Positions 25,271-40,447 of a stretch of DNA of 64,000 bases are shown here, piece by piece. How positions within the stretch are numbered: position 1 is the first letter of the stretch; the number at the start of each line of letters is the position of its first letter. This DNA is from Paraspadella gotoi (taxonomy: Eukaryota > Animalia > Chaetognatha), in contig CM119268.1 in assembly GCA_051294375.1 (NCBI GenBank), forward strand, positions 21,596,010 through 21,660,009, in the 5' to 3' direction. The notes beneath the pieces were generated by a model, which worked only from the letters and a program-made list of their open reading frames with translations, did not search any database and was not told the DNA's origin. The translations under genes and the position numbers were made by a program.

Positions 25271-28130
25271 TCATAAATACATGGGTTAAGAAAGTTATGG
25301 TAGTCATGTCACGTCGTCATGTCATGTCATGTCATGTCACACAAACGTGATAAGGCAGTCACTGCGGCGCAACACATTTGAATTACCATTCTTGTTCTCT
25401 TTATCTCAATAGCCAAGCATGTTTCTTGATGATTACTTTGAATGAAAAAGCTGACATTGCTGCATTGCCCAATATTTGATTATTTTCATTTTTCACAAAA
25501 TCACAATGCTTTACTTCTTAGCAGCTAATAATTCTTAATTTTATGGTATTGTAATCTTGTAATGTTCTGGTCACAATTTTAACTTTTTCACCTATGATTT
25601 TTCTCCAGGTAGCAACAATGTTGCCACGTTATCCCCCTCGTCCTTCGCAAATTAAATATTCACTGATGGAGGAAAGATACTTTGACCCCACGCGGGGCAA
25701 CATTAAACAAATGGCTCAAAACCCGGACACTTTTTGGCCAAGAGCTAAGCCTATGTCTGGCTTGGAACTCTAGTAAGATCAATTTAAAAAAAATTATTAT
25801 GATCATGAAGAAAATAAGTTTATCAACGGATTTATAATAGCATGATTTCAATTATTATTGAAAAAAATTTACTTTTATTATTTGATCAGCAAGTACACTA
25901 AAGTAACTATATCTAATACAAATAATAATATATTTATCTATTAAATTAGGATCATTTTGATTTAAATACAGGGACTACTTCCATAGTGATACGAAAAGAC
26001 TTGATTAAACTCATAATTCTCTCAGTGCATATTATTTTATTTATTTATTAGTTAGAAAACTATTTGACATTTATGTTGACTTAAAAAATATTCACATTTT
26101 CCAGTATAATCACAGTGGCTGAGTCACTTTTCTTCATTTTTTCAAAAATTTGAACTGTTAATTTTTATGCTGATTGTGAATTTATTTGATATAAAATAGG
26201 TGTTAAAAAGTCAGTTAAGTGATTTATTGTTATAAAATATTTTTTTATATAACTTATTAACTTATTTACCATAGTAACTATTATTTATCAATAAAGTCGT
26301 CTTTCATAATCTTTATTTAGTTATTTTTTTTTATTTTTAATAGATTTTAAAGGGAAAACGTGATGATTATGATCGAGTATTATTCATATCATCGCAGGAA
26401 ATGGACCAGTAGATGGATTTGATAGACCAAATGGTTTGACTCTCTTGGCTTTTACTTCTTTTCTTCTGATTGACCAATCAGAGAGGAGGCTTCCCCCAGA
26501 AAACCGACGGCAGGGAAAGAAGAGAGAGAACTGGATCACTCTTTAACTTACCTTCAAGAACTCAATATCAATTTAAAATCTTAGCTAGAATATTGTGAAT
26601 TGGTGAGGGAAAAAACAAGTAGTTTTCTATCATAAGACAAAAATTTTTAAAAAAAATTTTTTCGTATCATTCCAGGTGGAAGTCCCTGTAGTGTAATGAT
26701 GAAATTATTATAAACTTTTTTAAATTAAACAAAAAACAACTTTGAGCTAGCAATGTCAGATCTGCATGCGGTAAGAAGTGAATTATATAATCAGTTGATA
26801 AGATAAGATAAAAATATATAATCTGATATGATATGAGGTTGTACTTAATCTTGCAATTTTTGTTTTAATACCATTTACAATCAATATTTATAATTTATAG
26901 TTTTTTATGCGGTAGTTTGTTGCTAATGCAGGTTTTAAGGATAGTAATGGACTAATGGTAGTTGTAATGGTTGTGATGGTAGTTGTGTCAGTGCTAATTG
27001 TCATAATTGTCGTAGTTGTTGCTGCCATATGCTGGATCGAATACTACATGCATTTATATTTCATATAAAAAGAAAACCAAATAAAATTAAATTGTTAAAA
27101 CTAATTTTTTTTCAAGACATGAATTTCAACTTTTATGATTCTCTCAAAAGTTGATTTCTTGTTCAATCAAACATAAGAGTAACTAGCGTTCAAAGGTAAT
27201 AGGGGTCAGACGAATAGACAGAAAGACAACTGGACGGATGTACATTAATTTTTTTGCATAATTTTTTAAAATTCAATGCTCTGAGATGATATTCATATTC
27301 ATTTTTTTAATTCTGGTAATAATGCAGGTTATGGTCGATTTAGTTTTCATGGTGTTATGGTAGTTGTGATGGTTGTAGTGGTAATTAATTAATTCTTTTA
27401 TTAATTGATTGATAAATTTATTGATTGTTTAAATTATTGATGGAATATTTGATTGATAAATTAAATGTTTGATTAGTGATTGATTGATTAATTGATTGAT
27501 AAATTAATTAATTGATTAATTAATAATTAATGTAGTTGCATCTATATTTAATATAAAAAGAAAAATAAAAAAATCATAATTAAATAATAAAACAGGTTTT
27601 TTGTTTTTTCTATTTTAACTATTTCCCACACAGATGATTCCATCAAAACTTGATTTCCAGCTAAATCACAAACTTTCCTACCCTCATACAAAATTTGAGT
27701 GATTTACCGAAAAGATTGTGGGGATCGACTGACGGACCGACAAAGTGAATTATAGAGCCGGGATAGTCTGTAAGCAGATCCGGTTAAAATTTGAAACCCA
27801 ACATGGACTCTAGTATAAATTACCATAATTAAGAAATAGTAAATTATAAATTAGGATTAAAGAAAGAATTGGTACATAAAAATATCAAGCTCTTTTCTAT
27901 CATTGGTGGCTATTGATCAAAGAGTATGTCAAAAGAAACGAACATTCGTTTTATTAGATTAATGCCCTTTTTTCTGTTGCCTTAGAATGTTTCCTTTTGT
28001 TTTGGTAGCAATACTCGGTCTCTTGCTTCAAAATCATTCGATTCTGCTATTGTAACAATGGAAGGTATTGTATTACTTAAAATTTAATTTTGATAATTGA
28101 TTGGTTTTTATAGATGTTTAATTTTTATAT

Positions 28131-28234
28131 ATGAATTATGAACTTAACGAACGTTCCACGACCAAAGAATACTTCAAAAGAGGATTGTCAGTGTCGATGG
28201 AATATGCTGATGAGCCAATAACAGAATTTATAAA
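28131..28234 (+). CDS. Putative first coding exon of paralog 2 (MNYELNERSTTKEYFKRGLSVSMEYADEPITEFI)
   Basis: ATG-initiated open frame ending AA|GTAAGT (phase 2), matching the phase-2 start of the 46698 exon. No recognisable homology. Confidence 0.45.
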
Positions 28235-31200
28235 GTAAGTCATTGTATATAACTTGTAGAAAACTTATCTATAACTAGGTACAAGGTTGTGGGTTTGAAC
28301 CCGGAACCCTCTGGCCCTAGGCCGAGATTCAACCTGACTCGCCAGTAAGGCTTTTAAGAGAGTGTTAGTAATATTTTAATTAGCCTCCAATTTAGTAATT
28401 GGATGACATTTAGTGTACGATTTTAATATATTTCTGGGAAAAAAATTTTGCTGATTTCAACACAATAATAGAATATTCAATAAAGTTAAAATTTTTGCGC
28501 GAAACTCGACAGTTGTGTGTTCAGTCAGTCACTCTGACTTTAAAAATAAACGAAATAAACGTTTTTGCGCATGTGATGGTAAATGAATGTCCGAATTTAT
28601 TTGGTAGTGATGTGAAGGCATTCAATGACAGTATGATTATGAAAAATGTAATTAAAATAAAAGGTAAAGGTACCTTATTCCGTTCTCCAAGAGAAGCTAA
28701 ATATAGTAGCTGGACAGACCGACGAAAACCGAAAATATAAATTTTGTGAAACTATGTTTTTGTCGATTTAGAGTTGTCTTTTATTGGCTTAGTATAGATA
28801 TAACATTATTGTTCGTTTCATACCGTCGACTTTAAATGCCGCCGATCAATTATCGAGAAGTTTGGAACCGAGCGATGAAAATTCAAAAATGTCAGAGGCT
28901 AAAAATATTTTTTTCGATATTGTTATTAGAATTCAAGGGTGAGGTATCCCTACCAAAACCTTTTCTCTGAGGAGAAACGAAAATGAAATGAATTTATTTT
29001 TGAAAGGGGGAAAAGAGGGCCCTTGGTAAAAATATTCTAAAATATCTAAAATAAATTCAGATGAGTCAGAAATCTTCCCTTTAGAATCTTTTTGGGCCCT
29101 GGATCTGAAAGTGGAATCCGCTGCACCTCAGGGGTTGAAACTCAAGAAGCAAACGAATCCGCCTGCAGGATGGCAGTGTACAAAGGTCAAAGGTTGCGAG
29201 AGGTATCCAAAGGTCAAAGGTTGTTGCGAGAGGTATTCAAAGGTCAAAGGTTGCGAGAGGTATTCCAAAGGTCAAAGGTTGTTGCGAGAGGTATTCAAAG
29301 GTAAAGGTCTGCGAGAGGTTTAATTGTAATTGTTTAATTGTAATTTAATTGTAATTGTTTAATTGTAATCGGAGCATTGCTCCTGCTGCTGTAATTGTAT
29401 ATCTCAACTAAATAATCGAAAGAAAAATGTACATAAAAGTAACATCGACCGATGATTTATTAGCAAATAAACGAAACTTGAAATAAAGAAAACGATTTCG
29501 AAAATATAGAATTGCCGAAGCTTTCGCAAATAGGGAGCGAAAGAATTCTCAAATTTTAAAACGACTTCGACCGAATAAAAAGTGGAAATCTTGGATCATA
29601 AATACGAAACTCGGCCATCGAAAAGCGACGCTCTACAATTAGAGTCACATGACTTAACGATATTACGACACATTCGCTTTTTAAAATAAATAGCCAGCAA
29701 ATTATTTTTGATTATTTTAAAGAAAACGGAAATGTAGATAAATAATACTATTAGATACTAAGCAGCTGATCGAAATGGCCGAGAAAGTACACCACGATTA
29801 TGGACATTGTAACTACAATACCGTTTTTAAAATAATGATCGACAATGTACTTACACCTGGAATGAGACGACAAATACTGACGCAATTCGAATGTCATTTT
29901 GTGTGAGTTATAACATAAAACCGACGGTGAAGGAGAAACCATCGACTAAAATGCCGTTGCACCGAGACAAATACTTTCCTGTGATTTGTGGTCCGATAAC
30001 AAACTCGAAAGGGTATAAATATATATTCTTACAGTAGAGAATCTTTCTTAATACCGATAAAAATCTACTTCGCGCTCATGAGAATTTGGGATTGCGTTTC
30101 GATCGATGGTAAATGTGTGACTCAACGAAAGATCGATCGAACTATTTGAAGAAAATGGGAGTACAAGTACAACAAAGTACGTAGGTCAGTAGACATCAAC
30201 CTGTACTCGGAACGATTAAATCAAATCTGTCTGATTCGAATTTTGAAATGGTTACGAAAGTGGTCCAACATTTTGAAGAAAGTCGAACTCTATAAAATGA
30301 GTCCTGCGTCTCGTTAGGGGAAGAGACCATTCCAGGTAACCCGGAAACACGCGATGAAGTTTTGGAGAGAGTGGAACCGAGATGTATAAAGTACAAATAT
30401 ATGATAATACTGAAATATTACTGCCCATTTGTCAATTATTCGTTCTCATTTATCAAGGGAACGGGCTAGGCAAGTCATATTAAAATTAATGGGATTAATA
30501 TGCTAAATCGAATCGTGAAACATTATAACTAAATCTTCGCCGATGACCATCATAAAATTTTTTTGTTGTTTACAGCGATTTACTTTCGCGCTTACTATAG
30601 TCGGGCTCTCATTTAACAAAAGACAGCTAAACAATTATTATTAAAATAATAGTAATTAATCTAATTAATCGATTGGTGTGAACATTAGTATAATAATAAT
30701 GCTTGCCGATGACATATTAGTAACTTTTAATTACAGCATCTTACGGCGACGTTGAAAGTAAACAACAGACTCGTGAAGCGAGAGAGAAGAGAAGAAGAGA
30801 GAGAGAGAAAGAGCGATCGATCTAAGTCGCCTCACTCGTTTTATTCGATTTCTGGCACGATGTGCTTAGTCTAATAGTTAGATTTCAATAATTTAACTGA
30901 ATTATAAAACAGACATATTATTGAAAATGTTGAATGAAATAGGTCATAACATGCCACTTGAACAGTTGCGACAAATGACCAACTGATACATTGACAATTG
31001 AAATATGGAATTGATTAGTTTAGACAATTTATAATTCGATATTATGACCTATGACTGTGTTCTACGATCTGAATCACCAGCAATTCAGAACGACGTTTCC
31101 GTAAATCGGAGTATTCGATGTGCGGATGTGGCTAAAGTTGTCGACTATTGACTTAAGTGGATCGACCGACAGCAATTCAATAATATATTTAGTTTCAAAT

Positions 31201-34200
31201 GAATCGATAATATGATATGATGCAAACGAGAGGAGCATGTCATGGCGACGAAGTCTAAAACGAAAGGTTTGACTTTGATACTAGATTAATATGGATCTTT
31301 TAATAAAGAACCAAATTACGGAAATGAATAATAACTTTGTGTCTCGATGCCGCGAGTTTATTTGGTGCGGGACTATGTCATGATTACGTACAGGGAACCG
31401 AAATTCGATACTGACTTACGCCATCTATTTTCAATTTTTTATACGTTGAAATCTTTCCACTGATTTCCAATGTTTTTGCATGTTTCGGCACTGAATTGAA
31501 TTTGCACCTCTCTTACTGACACAAGACAATGACATTGAAGGGCGACGATGCCTGATGATGCAATGCCAGACAGACAGTTGAAAGCAGCAAGAACGACCAA
31601 GTAAAGAGTGAATGGTTGCGGCTGAGAAAATGGGCACGAACAACGCCTAAGACTTGTGACGAATCGGCATGATTGTCGCTTCTTTTCCGACCCCCTAAAA
31701 CGAGCGTTGCGCTTGGCACCGTGAGCTCGAACTGAGTGGCACACATTAGCCAGGGGGGCATCAGCACTGACTCGTAAGGCCGGAAAACAATTTGCGATAC
31801 GAATCTATTATATATGCATTTAAATAAAGATATTATTATCGGAACCATTTCATTTTGAATTATAATAAATTTAAAATTATCGAAAATCAATTATGAAATT
31901 GATGCGAATTATAATTTGCCCCTTTTAAGAATGAAATAACAGCTGACGCTTCACTTACCATTTTAGGATGGGAGCAGGAAGAGCAGGATGAGTTCTTCAT
32001 ATCGATGGATCCATATATCGATTAAAATTGATTTGATGTTTTGAGAAAAGATATCGAAAAAATAGATCAAGTGAAGTGATTTAAGCCGTATAATGCCATT
32101 TGCGGAGAATGTATGTTTGATGTTTTTTACTATATGTTCCCATATAATATATAATAATAATATAATATTTACATTTAGTTCCGAACTGTTTGGCCGCAGT
32201 TTAGACTACCGTTTCAAACAATTTTATTTTTGTTACGTTTTTTCATATTAGAATGCAGCGCAGATTATTTTTTGTCCTTAATTTACTTTTCCCCAAATTT
32301 AGCCTATATGTGATCAATTGTAATACTTGTTATAACTATTAAGGATTATTGTACTACTGCTTACATGTGATCATATTGTACTCACTGTTTGCTTACTCAT
32401 CTATTTGCCATTTAACCAAGAATTTGTTTGTGGGGGGGAGATGTTAGTAATATTTTAATTAGCCTCCAATTTAGTAATTAACTTTCGTTCAAATTTTGTC
32501 TCTCTAAATTTTCTCAGTTCCAAAGTTTAATATTTCATAGATTCCCAGGAACTCAGCGCCTATTTTGTAAACATTTTGTCTAAGTAGAATAAACAAAGGA
32601 AGAGAGACGAGAGGGAGGCCGAGATTTTAGTACATTCCATTTTTAGATCTCAAGGGATTAAGACGCAATATTTTATCACTGTTTAATTTTCTAATACAAC
32701 TTTGGCAATCTACAATTATTTCAGGTAACTTCAAAAACTAATTAGACAGACTATGCATAGTTCAGCTCTCTATCCGTCATCTTTGAGGGCCACAGACCAC
32801 GTTACCGACATTACATTTGTACAATACATACCATTACAAATTCAAAATGCAGGCCGACCAATGGCAGAGCAAGAGGTCGCGGCGGTTATGATCCTATGAG
32901 AATAATGCTGATACCTCAAACCAGTTGACGCTACAAGCAAGTCGATTCAGCACTGCGCCCAAAACATTGATTGTGAGTGTTTATCACTGGATCCCAACCA
33001 AGTTGGAACCAGGACACTTTCACTACGTATCAAAACCTGCCGCAAGCAACTAAAAAGAATTGCAATCTACTTGAAGAAACTCTCAGTATCCTGTTTAAAA
33101 ATGAAGCAGAGAAATTAAGGTTTTTGCTTTACCAAAAGCTCGAAATCTGCCTCATGTGAACGACATCCAAGAACATCTTGAAGCAATGGCCTCAGGCAAT
33201 GCACCTCCTTATAGCAGTGTAAAATTTACTTTATAACATTTCATTAGAGTTCGCACTTTAGTTAATACAAAAACAAGCAAAAAAAAAAAAACACATAAAA
33301 CAAAAAAAAAAAATTAAATTTTTTTTTTCTTTTCATCCCGGGATTTCTTTTTATTCTTCCTTTCTAAATTCTTAGCCTTTTTATTTAGCATCAAAGCTTA
33401 ATCAAGTTTCATTGCAGAATAAAGCCATATTTACAATTTACAATTCAATACACTTTTACACATTTTACATATAAATTGACATTCAAAAGACGCGCCTACA
33501 GCTATCCATACCGCAAATTGCGAGCACTTAAGAAATTGATACAACGCGGCGCGTTATCCATAATAAAATGGGACATTTCGCGACGGAAATCGATTTGGAT
33601 GGCTTTCTCTCGATTTATTCTACGAAGGAAAAACGAATTTCAGCTCGAACTTTATGCAGTGAAGTCGCCAATCTCTCAAATTGTATCTTCGCGACTTTCA
33701 AGCGTTTCTCTCGGGACAGTCGGCTTCCTCTTCGCCGATAATCAAGACGTCTCGCTCATCACGTTCTTTCGACTCTCAAATTACGTGCGTTGAATTGAAA
33801 TACAAATCGTAAAGGAAAATAGCGGCGCGACTTTCTATTTATTCTCATCTCGAATCATTAAAAAAAAAAAAACTATTTGGCAATTCAAGTTATTCGCAAC
33901 TACTATTAAAAAAAATAAATAAATAAATAAAAATAAATTGAAAATTGGAAACTCGTTTCACGAAATAAAGAATGGACGATGAATTTGAAGCGAATAAAGT
34001 GGAAAATTTAAGTTATTGAATCTGATGCCCTTCTGAAGGCACGGAGTTACAACGATCCCTCTTTCTCTTTGCCGGCAAAACTTCATTTCGATCTATTTAA
34101 ATGCTAAAGAATAGTTGATCCCTCTGCTGCTGTTTCGGTGAAAAAAGGACACTTTCTCACTCGTCAAGATGTTACTCTTTCGCTTGTCAACTCCAAACCT

Positions 34201-37200
34201 TTCAAGAAGGATTTCACCAGTAGTTTTAGAAGAAAAAGTCCCGCCGTGGCAGGAAAAGAGCTATTACAAGTTTACATTTTCCATCGATTCCAAAGACGTT
34301 TCCATCGATTCCAAAGACGTTTCCATCAATTCCAAAGACTTTTCCATCGATCTATCGTATACGAGGACGCATCGAACTCGGGGTCGGGGAGGAGCTGTTA
34401 GATCCAAAGACTCTGCGAATCGTGATATCTGAGTTCGAACTTTACTTCGTCACAAGGATTTATCATTTGGATCATTTCGTCATTCGTGCTTTAGTTTATT
34501 CATTGGTTTTTTGAGTTATTATACTGATTTTTGTTAATTCTTTTGTGTTTAAATAATAATTCTTTATTGTACTGTTTGAATATCTATATGCTTTGATTAT
34601 TTTTATTAAGGTACCCTTTTAAACTCTTCATAAACTCAGAGAAATAAAGAGACTATTTGATCGTCGATCTGCTCAAGCCATCAAAATTCATGCCTTTGAA
34701 GAATCTCTGGACTACCGAAGCATCTCGCCGGTGGTTGAAGGAGTTTCCTCAAATATTCTTCGAATATTCTCGGGGCGTTTTAGGAAGGAGGACGAGACCG
34801 GCGGGTCCTAACAATAATTTTTTTATTAAAAGTAGCAAAAATGATATTGATTCTTGTATTGATTAGAAAATGCAGCAGATGATTTCAATTGATCCGTAGT
34901 CCAGCCCACTTCTGTTCAAATTTAATCAATTTTTAAGCAATATTGCATGTTAGACACAAAACATTCCCTGATGCTGATGAAGGCTTGTACATTAAAGCCG
35001 AAACATGTCGTCTAAACTTGTAATAAAAATCGTTGTTGAAACAAATTAAAAACGTCTTCTAGCAATATTGCAAAAAGTAGTTTTTTCGCTGAATTCCTCG
35101 ATAAGAAGTTACTTCCTTTAACCAGCGTAATGGTGAGGGGATTGAACGGTTGGTTTACTAGTAGTAGCTGTTCCCAGCCAAAAGGAACGAGCTGAGTTTT
35201 TACCAAGCTTTACGTAAGGTGAGTTTAGCATTCGCCACACCAGCAAAATTATTTGAATGTTTATTGAAAAAAGTATTCAGTACTGTATTTAGCGATGTTT
35301 CCTAAATATCTAATCTCAATTTCCCTGTCAATTCATAGACTGGAAATAATATTGAATTGCCCTCATCTCTTTTTTTGTCACACATCTAACATACAGCAAA
35401 TCGACATCACACAGCCATCTATGCGCCCTAAGTAACACTAGATAAAAGACTAAAGAGTTGATGGCAAAGAAATTAAACCTTATTGCAAAAAATTATGTTT
35501 AGGAATTAAAATAAAATTTGAAAATTAAAAAATCGATTTATTCATTGACTTGAAGGTAAGCTTGTTGGACTTATAAAGAAAATCATTAGTGTTGAGCAAA
35601 GTTTGAGCAAGTTTGAGCAAACAATTCGGGACCTTCTTACAATCATTAGCTGTAATTAATTAATTATTTTAGGTCTTTTAGCCGGATCTTTTTATTGCGG
35701 TAAATTCACTTACATCATATCAGAACATCAAATTATGCAAAAAAAAAGCACAATTTATCATAATTTGATGTTCTGACATGATCTAAGTGACTTACTGACA
35801 AGATTTTGGGTGGGACTGATGGACGGACAAAGTGAATCGTAGAGCGTAGATCGAATAAAAAAAAATATTGCAGTCAAATAAGACACATTATAATAATTTA
35901 AAGCAAGTAGTTTTAAAACTGTCTTTTAACTAAAGACCGTATTAAAAATGGGCTTCAACAAAGATGCAGATGCAGATGCAAAGATGGTATTATGTTATTA
36001 TAATACAGCAGTACTCATCAGGTTGAGTCTTTCTCATAAATAAGAATAAAATTATTTTTAAACATTTTATTTAATATAAACCTCTTATTAAAGCCTGGGT
36101 CTTATACCGTTTAGTGATTTAGTATTTCTTTTTTAACTTTTTTGCCCTGACCCCCTCTGCTTATGGAGAGTTTTCTACAAGCTATACTTTCTTCCTGTCT
36201 ACTCTCTAATTTAAACTCATTTTAGTTACACCGCGAGTTACTCGCGGAGCAACTCTTTAAGTCACTTTTCGGTCAGTCCATCTGTCGCTATGTCAGTCGG
36301 TTGGTCTGTCCCAACTTAACGTTAAAAATGCATATAATTTGCCTATAGTTGGTGCTCATTTGTTAAGACAGGAAAAAACCTCAAATCTATAGGACTGCTA
36401 GCGCCATCTTCTGGAAATAAAAGACAAAAGACAAAATTCCGATGCAGTGCTTGTCATAAATACATGGGTTAAGAAAGTTATGGTAGTCATGTCACGTCGT
36501 CATGTCATGTCATGTCATGTCACACAAACGTTGATAAGGCAGTCACTGCGGCGCAACACATTTGAATACCATTCTTGTTCTCTTTATCTCAATAGCCAAG
36601 CATGTGTTCTTGATGATTACTTTGAATGAAAAAGCTGACATTGCTGCATTGCCCAATATTTGATTATTTCATTTTCACAAAATCACAATGCTTTACTTCT
36701 TAGCAGCTAATAATTCTTAATTTTATGGTATTGTAATCTTGTAATGTTCTGGTCACAATTTTAACTTTTCACCTATGATTTTTTCTCCAGGTAGCAACAA
36801 TGTTGCCACGTTATCCCCCTCGTCCTTCGCAAATTAAATATTCACTGATGGAGAAAGATACTTTGACCCACGCGGGGCAACATTAAACAAATGGCTCAAA
36901 ACCCGGACACTTTTTGGCCAAGAGCTAAGCCTATGTCTGGCTTGGAACTCTAGTAAGATCAATTTAAAAAAATATATTATGATCATGAAGAAAATAAGTT
37001 TATCAACGGATTGTATAATAGCATGATTTCAATTATTATTGAAAAAAATTTACTTTTATTATTTGATCAGCAAGTACACTAAAGTAACTATATCTAATAC
37101 AAATAATAATATATTTATCTATTAAATTAGGATCATTTTGATTTAAATACAGCGTGGCCGACGCCGTACAGAAACATTTTCTTGAAGGAGTCTCGACGTC

Positions 37201-37239
37201 TTTGGGCTTATCGAATGCTTCTGCCATGCAGCAGCAGCA

Positions 37240-37273
<34 letters not shown>

Positions 37274-40200
37274 GGATTTGCTTCTCCTGTCGTAGACTCT
37301 GCCGCATCGAGAGCTCCGCTCCCGGGTTCGATAGCACCACTTGCTTTTTAAATTTTTATTTTATTTTTTATTAGAGCGAATGGCGATGCTGTGATTGAAT
37401 TAAAAGAAATTTAATTAATTAAATTTATAGAAAGCCTAGCCGAAATACGGGTTGTATTGGTTTTGGCTGACTACACAAATTATTTAATGGCCTCGTCAAT
37501 TACGCGTGCGGAATGCGAAACTCGGTTTCTGATTTTGCGCGTGCCGCGGGACGTTTTGATCATGCGAGATGAAAGTGATTGATGAAAGTGAGAGTTTCCT
37601 TTTTACTCCCGGGGAAGCGGGGATGAGGAAGATCAAAGTAAATCGTTTACCGTAAAAAGGAAACTAAAATATACCGAATCGGCGTAAAAGAATGTATGGT
37701 GGAATTGTTTTGCTGAAAATAACATGGCAATGACTTGTCTGAAGAAACGATGCCTGTAGGCTAACAAAATGAAACAGGAAGAAAAGAAAATGAAAGAAAA
37801 AAATTCAAAGCAGTGGAACAGGCGTACAGCGACGACTATGAAAACTGCAACTTTTCGGACACTGAAATAGAAACTGAATGACTAGACAGCATAAACAAAA
37901 CAAAAGGGGCCCTGATAGAAAGTTTAGAAAGTGAGGTTAAAGTCCAACTTGATCAAGAAAAGCAGAAAATCTTGTTTTGAAATGCGGAGTGAGAGGAGCG
38001 ACACAGAGAAGTGATTTCCGGGTGATTTGTTTTGAGATTGATACTGGAAGTGATAGAACAGTGATGCCGAGAAATGAATGTTTGAGATTAAAATTAAACA
38101 TTACATTTTGAAATTAGCGACGTCAAAGAAATAATGGGAAATGGGTTTTGTGTCTCGAAATCTTAATGATTGTTAAATAATTATTTTTGCATATTACATG
38201 GAATGAATGTCCGATATTTAGGGAGTATTGTATGGGATACAATATAATTGTAACATTGATATGAAAAACGTGTTTTTCAATAAAAGGTAAAAAGGTACCT
38301 TATTCCGTTTCCCAAGAGAAAGCATATAGTAGCTGGACAGACCGCCTAAAAAACCGAAAATATAAAATTTTCTGTGAACTCCATGTTTTGTCGACTCTAG
38401 AGTAGTTTTTACTGGCTTAGTATAAGATATAACATAGTTGTCGTCTCAATACCGTCGACTTTAATGCCGCCGATCAATTATCGAGACAGTTTGGAACCGA
38501 AGCGATGAAAATTCAAAAAATGTCAGATGTTCTAAAAAATATTTTTTTTCGTTATATTTTTGTTATTAGAAATTTCATAGGGTGAGGTTTAATCCCTACT
38601 CTAAAGAATACCTTTTCTCTGAGGAAAACGAAATGAAATGAATTTATTTTTGAAAGGGAAAACGAGGGCCTTGGTAAAAATATACTAAAAATCTATAAAT
38701 ATAATTCAAATGAGTCATGAAATCTCCCTTAAGAATCTTTTGGGCCCTGGATCTGAGGTGGAATCCGCTGCACTACCTCAGGGTTGAAACTCAAGAAGCA
38801 AACGAATCCGCCTGCAGGATGGCAGTGTACAAAGGTAAAGGGTTTGTGAGAGTGTTCCAAAAGGTAAAGGTTTGCGAAGGTTTCAAAGGTAAAGGTTCGA
38901 GAGGTTTCCAAAGGTAAAGGTTGTTGCGAGAAGGTTATCAAAAGGAAAGGTGCGAGAGTGTTTTAAATTTGTAAATTGTTTAATTTTAATTTAATTGAAT
39001 TGGTGTAAGTGTAAATCGGAGCATTGCTCCTGCTGCTGAATTTGTTTATTTTCTCAACTAAATAATTCGAAAAAAAATGTACTATAGTAAATTAACATCG
39101 ACCGATGTTTATTAGCAAATAAACCGAAGCTTGAAATAAAAAGAAAATCGATTCGAAATATAGAATTGCCGAAGGCTTTCGCAAATAGGGAGCGAAAGAT
39201 TCTCCAAATTTCAAAAACGACTTGACCGAGATAAAAAGTGGAAATCTTGGATCACTGGACGACGAATCTTCGCCAAATGAAGAGCGACGCTCTAACAATT
39301 AGAGTCGCACGACTGAACGATTACGACATATTTCCTGCTTTTTATATATAAATATTATTTTTTTTGCTATGTTTTTTCAATTATTGAAGGAAAAAACGGA
39401 AATGTAGAAAATCAATACTATTAGATACCTAAGCAGCTGGATCGAAATGGCCGAAGAAAGTACAACACACGATTATGGACATTGTAACTACAAACCGTTT
39501 TTAAAATATATCGACAATGTTAACTTTACCGCCTGAAATGCGCGACGAATACGGAGAAATCAGAAACTGTCAAATTTTGGTGTGAAGTTACACATAAAAC
39601 CGACGGGAAGGAGAAACCATCGACTAAAAGCGTTTCACCGAGACAAAGTACTTCATGTCGATTTGCTGGCGTCCGATAGCAAACCCGAAAAGGATAAATA
39701 TATATTCTTTACAGTAGAGAATCTATTCTTTAATACCGATAAAATCTACTTCGCTGAAAGATGTCGCTCAATGCCTTTTAAAGATATTATGAATCTCAGG
39801 AATTTGGATTGACGTTTCGATCGATGGAACAATGAGTGACTCAACGAAAATCGAAATCGAAACGATTGAAAGAAAACGGAGTACAAGTACAACAAAGTTA
39901 CGTACGTCAGTGAGCATCAACTGTATCTCGGAACGATTAAATTAAATCTGTCTGATTCAAATTTTAAATGGTTAGATAAAAACCCGAACTTACGAAAGTG
40001 GTATCCGACATTTTGAAGAATGAACTCTCCATAAACATGAGTCCTTGCGTCTCGTAAGCGGGAAACATTCCAGGTAAGCACCGGAAATACGCGATGAAGA
40101 TTTGTGGAGAAGAGTGGAACCGAGATTGTATAAAGTACAAAGTATACTGATAATACTAAAATATTTACTGCCCTACATTTGTCAATTTATTCGTTCTCAT

Positions 40201-40378
40201 TTATCAAGGAAACGGCTAGGCAAGTCATATTAAAATTAAATGGATTAATATGCCTAAAATCGATCAGTGAAAACAGTTTAATAACTAAAGTCTTCGCTAT
40301 GACGAATTTAGTAACATTTATAATTTGACAGCACTTACGGCGACGTTTTGAAAGTAAAACAACAACCGGTGAAGCAAG

Positions 40379-40447
<69 letters not shown>

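Larger units (their letters stand above)
23636..37152. repeat. 2.3-kb direct duplication: 23636-25971 and 34814-37152
   Basis: Colinear, differing almost only by 1-nt indels. Confidence 0.92.

Noticed and set aside
28205-28230. CTGATGA as another hammerhead (also CTGACGA near 8136 and 13830)
   Set aside because: No stem II plus GAAA partner; the 28205 match lies in a putative coding exon.
37154-37351. Poly-Gln/Pro or poly-Ala ORFs
   Set aside because: (CAG)n(GCC)n microsatellite at a duplication junction.
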